Assembly (NCBI GenBank): GCA_044226015.1
Contig: JBGAHS010000008.1
Location: forward strand, 128,001-192,000
Reading direction: 5' to 3'
From: Candidatus Obscuribacteraceae bacterium
Lineage (GTDB): Bacteria > Cyanobacteriota > Vampirovibrionia > Obscuribacterales > Obscuribacteraceae
DNA length: 64,000 nt
Below, piece by piece: positions 52,201-61,200 of this stretch; position 1 is the first letter of the stretch, and every line of letters begins with the position of its first letter. The notes beneath the pieces are model-generated. The model was not told the DNA's origin and ran no database searches. It saw only the letters and a program-made list of their open reading frames with translations. The translations under genes and the position numbers were made by a program.

Positions 52201-55200
52201 TCTTGACAGATGTGGACAAAATCACAGCGAGCGCAACAGGCGGCTCTGTCTATATCACTGACATCGGCGCCGCTCAAATCGTCGGAACGAACAGCGCACA
52301 AAATGTTTACAGCGTGATCGAAAGCGGCGGAAACCTGACTCTAAACTCCGCCATCACAGCAGGAAGCATTGACCTCCAGGTGACTGGTGGCAACGACCTC
52401 GTAATGGGAACGACAGCAGGTACTCTCACCTCTACAAACACTGGCGTCACAATTTCTACAAGCTCTGGCAAAATCATCAGCGCAGGCGGAAACCTTAATG
52501 TTCACGCAAATGGACTGGCGAACATAAATCTGGCTGGTGGCAACATAGACATGACTGGCTCGACCGGCGCTAAGGTCACTGTCGAATCAGTAACCGACAA
52601 TGTCAATTTGAACAGCGCAACTGTCACCACTAAGGGCGGTGATGTTCTATTAAATGGCGGCGTCACTGGTTCCATCGTAAATGTCGCCGGAATCACTACA
52701 AACAACAGCACTGGAGACGCAGGCAGCATCACTCTCAACGCTGGCGGCAACATCACTGTTGGACCGTTGTCAGCGAACGCAACAAGCGCACCTGGTGCTG
52801 GTGGCGCTATAACGATCGATACTCCTGGGTCTTTGTATGTCACAGGCTCTATATCATCGGCAACTGTAGGACCAGCCAAGACAGGCGGCGCTATCAACAT
52901 CGGACAAGGTGTGTCGACTCAGCCAACATCCATACAAATAGATGGAACTATCAGCAGCACAGCAACCAGTGGTGGCACTGCTGGTGCCGTGAATATCAAG
53001 GCAGCTGATGGATCCGGAATAACGGTGAATGGAAGCAATGGTGCACACAACATCGGTGCAGTCACCGGTAATTCCGTCGCGATAGAAAACATCGCATCCG
53101 TCACGCTACTTGGCACGACTGATGCGATTATCGCTTCGACAAGCGCTTCGGTTAAGGGGACTTCTATTGATACTGATGCAGCTACGCACGGCGCAATCAA
53201 TGCCAAGTCCGTCACATTGACATCGACATCTGGGTCAATTGGAAGCACTGCTCCGATTTCGACAGAGGGCTCAACGTCAACGACGATAAGCGCGGCAACT
53301 TTCGCAAAGGTCACCAGTCAGACAGCAACAAACGTAGACCTTTCGGTCACGAGCTTGGGTACAAACCTGAATTTCGTCAACTCTAGTGGTAGCAACGTCA
53401 ATATCGCCAGCGATATTACAAGCAGCAGCAATGGCGATATCAATATCATTGTGCTAGGTACGGGCTCAATAACCTCAACCAGCAATAAGAATCTGTCGAC
53501 TTCAGCTGCCGCGGATGCAGATGGAGGCGATATCACCCTCACAACGTCTGATGGAGATATCAATCTCGGAACCGGCAGCCTCAACGCAAGCGGCACTGCA
53601 GGCGCTGGCAACAACGATTCAGGTTTCATCGTCCTCACGGCAGGAACGAATGGTGCAATCACAACGGGGTCCATTTCAGCTAATGCAGTAAACGCAGGAA
53701 ACTCCCAGGGCATCTCGCTTGCAGCAAAAGCGATTCACACAGGAGCGCTCTCTGCGAACTCCGACTCAGGCACAGCAGGCGACATTTCTGCACTTTCAGA
53801 TACAACTATTCAAGTCGACGGCAATATCTCGTCGCTCTCATCAGGAGCGAAGGGCATGGTTACCCTTACGGAAGACTCGGCTAGTGCATTCAACTTCAAT
53901 ACTGGCTCAGCCGCAGCGAACTCTGTGCAAGGCTCAATTTCCGCAGGCGATGTGAGCATCACAAACTTCGGGGGTGACGTCAACTTCACCGGTGGTGGTG
54001 CATCAGACGCTATCGCACAATCGACTTCAATAACCGTCGTCGCTGGCGTGGCGGGTACTGTCGCAGGCAGCATCACATCTGATGGAACAACCCACAGCCT
54101 CATCAACTCTAGTGGAACGATCGACCTAACAGCCTACAAGGGCGGCACAATCGGTTCTTCAACCAATGCAGTCAACCTGGCTACTGGAGCAGGAGACACC
54201 GTGCAATTGTTCACCGAAGGGGCGACCGGTGACATGTTTGTTAGTGATAAGGGCACTGGTTCTCCAACCAACTTAGTGGTCACAAGCCTCGGTAAAGACC
54301 TCACTTACACCAAGTCTTCGGGAACCCTGAATCTAGGTTCTAACATAACCAGTCTAAACTCCGGAACTGTCAAGATCAGCATCAGCGCTGCTGGCGACAT
54401 CGACAACTCTGGAAACAAGACGATTACTGCAGGTGCATTCAATCTAAGCACCACTAATGGCACTATAGGTACGAGTTCCAATCCGATCCTATCTGATGTA
54501 GATAAGATTTCTGCCAGCGCGGGTGGCGCAACAGGCAAGGTCTTCATCAACAACACCGGAGCTGCCCAAATCGTCGGCACTAACGGCGCAACAGGCACAT
54601 ACCAGTTGAAACAAACCACTGGAGACCTGACACTCAACTCGTCAATTTCCGCAGGAGATATTGACATACAATTGTTGACCAGCGGCAACGACTTCATCAT
54701 GGGAAGTACCGCAGGCACTCTGAGTTCTAACACTACTGGAGTGACCATCACCACCACAAATGGCGATGTACTCAGCAGCGGTGGAAGCTTCAAGATAAGC
54801 GCTACAGGTTCAGCTGATATCAACTTAGGTTCAGGCGTCATCGACCTCAGCGCGACTTCTGGCGCACAGGTCAACATTGCGTCTGGACTTGCAGGAAGCA
54901 TCAACCTTCATGGCTCGACAATAAAAACGCTTGGTGGTCTTGTGTCTCTGCAAGGCGGTGGAAGCATACTTAACGGAGCTGCTATCACTACCAGCAACAA
55001 TGCTGGTGATGCAGGAGCCATCACGCTCAAATCAGGTGCAAACATCACTGTCGGAGCACTCACTGCAGATGCCACTTCAGCAGCAGGAGCTGGCGGCGCT
55101 GTCAGCATAGATGCAACGGGTACAGTCCACGTGACTGGAGCGATATCTTCAGCAACGGTAGGACCGGCAACTACCGGTGGGGACATCAAGATTGGAAACA

Positions 55201-58200
55201 CACTTCAGCCTACTGGATTGCAAATCGACGGCACAATCTCAAGCACAGAATCAGCTAGTGGAACGGCCGGCTCCGTCAACATCAAGGCAGCCGTAGGTGG
55301 CGGACTTACTGTCAATGGTACTACCGGACCTGACAACATCGGGGCGATCCAGGGCAACACAGTCTCTATTGAGAATACGGGAGCAATTTCGCTTCAAGGC
55401 GCTTCTGAGTCCATAAAAGCAACAAGCTCAGCCTCAGTCAAAGCTGCATCTATTAACACGAACGCAGCAGGCAACGGTGCCATCGATGCGCTTTCCGTCA
55501 CACTACAAACCAATTCCGGTGACATTGGTGCCGCATTTGCAATTTCGACAAAGAACGCAACGTCAACAACTATTGACGCAGCAAGCTCTGCAAGTGTCAC
55601 AAGCTTGACGGCAACGAATGTGAATCTTTCGGTGACTAATCTCGGAAACAATCTAACTTTCGTGAATTCAAATGGCAGCAATGTCAATTTAGCTAGCGAT
55701 ATCACAAGCAACAATAACGGAAATGTTTCAATTTCTGTCGCGAATTTAGCGGGCGACATTAGCTCCACCGGAAACAAGAACATCTCGACCGCGGCATCGG
55801 CAATAGCTGATGGCGGAGATGTGATGCTGTCGACTCACACTGGCAATATCAATCTTGGAACTGGCTCAATAAATGCCAGTGGAACAGCAAGCAACTTCGG
55901 TTCAGGCACTATCCAACTACTTGCAGGCACAACTGGTGCAGGCAACATCACTACCGGTAATCTGACCGCGAATGCGTCAGGCACGGGCACATCGACCGGA
56001 ATACAGCTGACAGGAGACATAATAACTGTAGGTTCTATATCCGCAACCTCCGGCTCGGGCACAGCAGGAAACGTTGATATCGTTGCAACAGAAATTCACA
56101 CTGGAAGCATCACGACAACATCAAGTGGTGCAGCTGGACATGTCGACTTGAGCTCCACATCTACTATTCAGGTGGACGGCAATATCACAGCAACAGGTGC
56201 GTCTAGTGGCTACGTGAGTCTGGCTGAACAATCAGCAACTCCATTCTCGTTCAATTCAGCAACAACCGGCACCAACACAGTGTCTGGCACCATCGCCGGT
56301 GGAGCAGTGAGTATCACCAACACTGGTGGCGACATCTCGTTCGGAGGCAATGCTGCGTCCACTGTGTCTCAATCAACATCGATTGTCGTAACAGCAGGCA
56401 AGGCGGGCACAGCAGGGTCAATCGACTCATCTTCAACATCTGACAATTCTGCGCTCATCTCAACTGGCACTATCATTCTCAACGCAAAAGACGGCGGTGC
56501 GATTGGTGCTAGCAACGCAGTAAAAGTAACCACTGCAAACAATGGAGTCATTGAGATATCCACATCTGGTGCCACGGGCAATGCCAAAGTCCAGGATATA
56601 GGCACGGGAACAACCACCAAGCTTCAAGTAACTTCACTCGGAAACAACTTGAGTTTCACGAAGGTCAACGGTGGAGATCTTCAAATTGACTCTGGCATTA
56701 CTTCAGGCACCACCACCGGCACTATACAGTTGGGTGTAACAGGCGGCGCAGGTTCAATAAAGAATCCAAACAACTTCACACTAACCTCTTCAGGAGCTAC
56801 AGGTGCCGTAGTACTTTCGACGGCTGACGGCAACATTGGTACATTGGCGAACCCAATTCTGGTAGACACCCGCAATCTGAGTGCAGCTGCAGGTGGAGCT
56901 GGAACAAACGTCTATGTTTCTAGCACCGGCGACACCACAGTCACGGGAACCAACAGCGCAGGCGGTACATACCAGTTGGCGAACGCCGCTGGAGACCTGA
57001 TAATTGACACGGCGATAAGCGCAGGCGACGTCCTGCTGCAAACAACCACGGCTACCAAACAAATCATAATGGCCGCTTCGGCCGGAACAATACAATCTTC
57101 GTCTGGCGCAGTAACTCTTCAAACAAACAATGGAAACGTTTCCAGTTCAGGTGGCAACCTCACCGTATTAGCAGCGAACGGAGCAAACTTCGTATTAGGC
57201 AGCGGTGATGTAGCATTCACCAGCGCAGGAGCGAAGGTTTCAGCAACTGCGACCACAGGTAACGTAGACCTGAACGGCTCTGATATCTCGACCACTGGCG
57301 GCAACATCAATTTACAGGCGACTGCAGGTTCCATCTCGAATGGTGGAGCTATCTCATCCAACAATGCTGCAGGTGATGCAGGCTCCATCACGCTGAATGC
57401 GAATTCAAATATAACAGTAGGTGCCGTGACCGCTAGTGCTACATCTGCAGATGGAGCAGGTGGTGCCATCAGTATCGATGCCCTTGGCGCCATCACCATT
57501 GGCGGTGCAGTCAGCTCTGCCACCATCGGCGTTGGCAAAACGGGCGGCGACATCAAGATCGGTCAGAGTGCCATGCCAACGACAGGTCTACAGATAGACG
57601 GCGCTATAGCCAGCACAGCAAGCGCGAGCGGACTCGCTGGCGCAGCTCAAGTGAAAGCTGATAGACCACTTTTGACCGTAAACAACGGTACGGGCGCTGA
57701 TCACATAGGCGCAATCGCAGGTGAATCTGTAACGCTTACGAACACCGGAAATATCTCTCTTGAAGGCGGCACTAACGCCATCACATCAGGTTCTAGCGCA
57801 GTGATCACTGGAGCCGCTATTGACACGAATGGGGCTGGAAATGGAGCGATACAAGCACCATCGGTGACACTTCATTCGACTTCGGGAGATATTGGCGCAA
57901 GTTTTGCAATCTCTACAAAAAATGCGACAGCTGTAGATATTGATGCCGCAGGCTCCGCCAAGGTTACAAGCTTGACCGGCACAAACGTAGATTTAACAGT
58001 CAGCAAGCTCGGTAACAACCTGACGTACCTCAACAATGCAGGAGGAACACTCACCCTTGCTAGTGATATCTCCAGTTTGAATAATGGAAACATCACCATC
58101 ACAAATACCGGTGGTCACATCGTCTCGGCTGACAAAAACATCTACTCATCAGTGAAGTCGAACGCTGCTGGCGGCAATGTGAACCTCATCGCAACTGGCG

Positions 58201-61200
58201 GCAAGAACATCAACCTCGGTGCGGGCATTATCGATGTTAGCGGAAATGGACTGGGTAACAACGGCTCAGGCGGCGTCTACATCGAAGCCAAGGGTGGATT
58301 AGTAAAAACGGGCACAATCACAGCCAATGCTGTTAACGCTGGTCTTACAGCTGGTATTTGGATCGAATCCGACAACGTTTACACCGGAAGCCTGACAGCG
58401 AAAGCAGATGCGGGTGCAAGCTCCACAATAACCATTAAAGCTGTCACTGGAATTCAAGTTGACGGTGATATTAATGCCACAGCTACGAATCCATTAAACT
58501 CAGGAAGCATCTCTATCACAGAGAACTCAAGCTCCACACTAAACTTCAATGTTGCCACTGCTGCTCCAAATTCCATCATGGGCACAATCGCAGGCGGTGC
58601 GGTGACCATAACAAACAAAGGAAGCGGCGGAGTCAAATTCTTAGGTGAGGGCTCGACAAACGCGATAAGTCAATCAAACTCAATCACAGTCACTGCAGGA
58701 GACAATGGGGCTGTTTCAGGAAGCATAAGCTCTGACGGCAGCAACAAGAGCATGCTTGTCTCGACTGGTAATATCATTCTAGTGGCAAACTCTAGCGGAC
58801 CCGGCCTAGGTGGTTCGATCGGAGACTCGACAAACTCAATTATCATCCAGACCGCAACCGGTAAGAACGTAACTGTAGAAACCGATTTCGTAAACCATGG
58901 TGGCGATGTTTTTGTTGAGGACAGAGGAACCGGAACAACAAACCTGTTTATCGGATCTAGCGGCTTGGGTGGTGACCTCACCTACAAGAAGACTGCAGGT
59001 GGAGACCTCAAACTAAACACCAACATTGAAGGTGCTGGATTTGCCAGTGTAACCTTCAGCATAAGCGGCGGCACTGGTTCCATAGACAACAGCCTCGACA
59101 AGATCATAACTGCTAACAACAAACTTGATCTAAGCACGTCTGATGGTAGCATCGGCACGCTAGCCCACCCGATACTCAGCATCGCTGCTAATCTGCGTGC
59201 ATCAGCTGGCGGCACAAGCTCCAATGCTTATGTCAACAACGGCGCTGACGTCACTATCTATGGCAGCAACGGAGCTGGCTCAAACTACCAGGTAGTAAAC
59301 AGCACCGGAACTCTAACCATCGATGGCAGCATAACAGCTGGTAGTGTTCTTCTAAATAACCAGATCAACGGCGCTGCAATCATCATGGGCAGCAATGCAG
59401 GTACGATTCAATCGACCAGTGGCGGCGTTACCCTCATGGCGAACAATGCAGAAATCAATAACACTGCTGGTGGCAACCTCACCATAGATGCAAATACAGG
59501 AGCAAGCATTCAGCTTGGGACTGGTGACATCGCGCTCGGTGGCACAGGAAAAGTGAGCATCACAGCCAAGGGCGGCAACGTCGACCTGAATAACTCCGAC
59601 ATCTTCACCGAAGGCGGCTTGGTACTGCTTGATGCGAGCCCATCTGCAAGCGGATCCATAGTCAACGTCGGCATCATTCAAACGAATGCAGGCGCCACAA
59701 CTGATGGTGGCTCAGTCACCCTCAAGGCTGGAAGCAGCACCAGCGGCAACATCACAACAGGAACCATCACTGCCAGCGGCGGCAGCAGCAACGGCAAGGG
59801 TGGCGCGGTCAGCATAGACGGTGGTGGCACTATCACCATCCCATCGATCACATCCGACGGAACCGGAGGCAACAACGGCGGCGCGGTATCAATAGGTACA
59901 AATACTGCATTCACTTCTCTATCAATGACTGGAAACATCAGCACAAGAGGAGAAAGCTCAGGCGCTGGTAATACAGTAACACTCAAGGGATCAGCTTCAG
60001 GAGCGATCTCAATTCCCGGAGCCATTGACACCAGAGGCGGTAACACCGGTTTCGGTGGTGCGGGTGGCGATGTCACAATGAACGCCGGAGGCACCATATT
60101 TGTTGGTGCCATCACGACTGATGCCTACGGAGCTGGCGTCAATGGTACGAGCGGCAAATTGACTGTCGGCAATTCTCTAGCACCAAGTTCGTTCACCGCA
60201 GGGTCAATTTCTACCCAAGCTCAGACTCCAGACGGACTCGGCGTAGCTAAGGGCGGAGCCGTCACCATCACCGCCGCAGGAGTAATCAACGTTGCAGGCG
60301 GCATCGACAGCCACAGCAACATCTTCCTCGGCAGCACAGGCGGCGCTGTCACCCTCACCAACACCGATAATGTATCGGGAACAACCACCCTTGGACCAAT
60401 TAAGAGCTCTGGTTCAAGCGGCGGACAAATATCTATCAGTGGTGGCTTGAGCATCTCAGTAACTGGCAGTTTAGATGCCCGCGCAACTGCAACAGCAGGT
60501 CCAGGAACTGGCGGACAAGTCACAATCGACAACAGCTCGTCCGCTGGTGGCTCCATCAGCGTAAGCAACAATATATATAGTAAGGGTTCAGAATCAGGTT
60601 CTGGAAGCAAGATAACTTTGAGTGGATCTAGCACCGGCACGATTTCAGTGTTCGGCTCGCTCGATTCGCAGGGTGGAAACTCCGGCACTGGAGGAGCTGG
60701 TGGCGACATCAGCATTAACGCAGGCAGTACAGTCTTCGTTGGCGCAATAGCCACTGACGCTTACGGAGCGGGAGCAGCTGGCAAAGCTGGCTCAGTCACT
60801 GTAGGTGACATCCAGACACCGAGTTCGTTCACCACAACCGCTATCTCCACACAGGCACGAGGAGTTGGCGGTGTAAATGCAAGCGGAGCAGTCAGCATCA
60901 CTGCTGGCAATATCGCTATTGCTGGAGGCATCGCGACTAATGCAAACAGCGTAGCTGGTACCACTGGTGGCGCAATCACCGTAGTGAACAATGCAGCAGG
61001 CAGCACTTCGATAGGTCTCATCAACACAAGCGCTGCCACCGGCGGCACAGTGTCGATGACCGGCGGCTCTAGTATCAGTGCAACTAGCGACATCGACACA
61101 CACGGAACCAACGGCGCTGGTGGAGGAGTCACTCTAGACAACAGCGCTGTCATCGACGGAACAATCAGTGTTAGCGGCGGCATCAACGCAAACGGCACCA

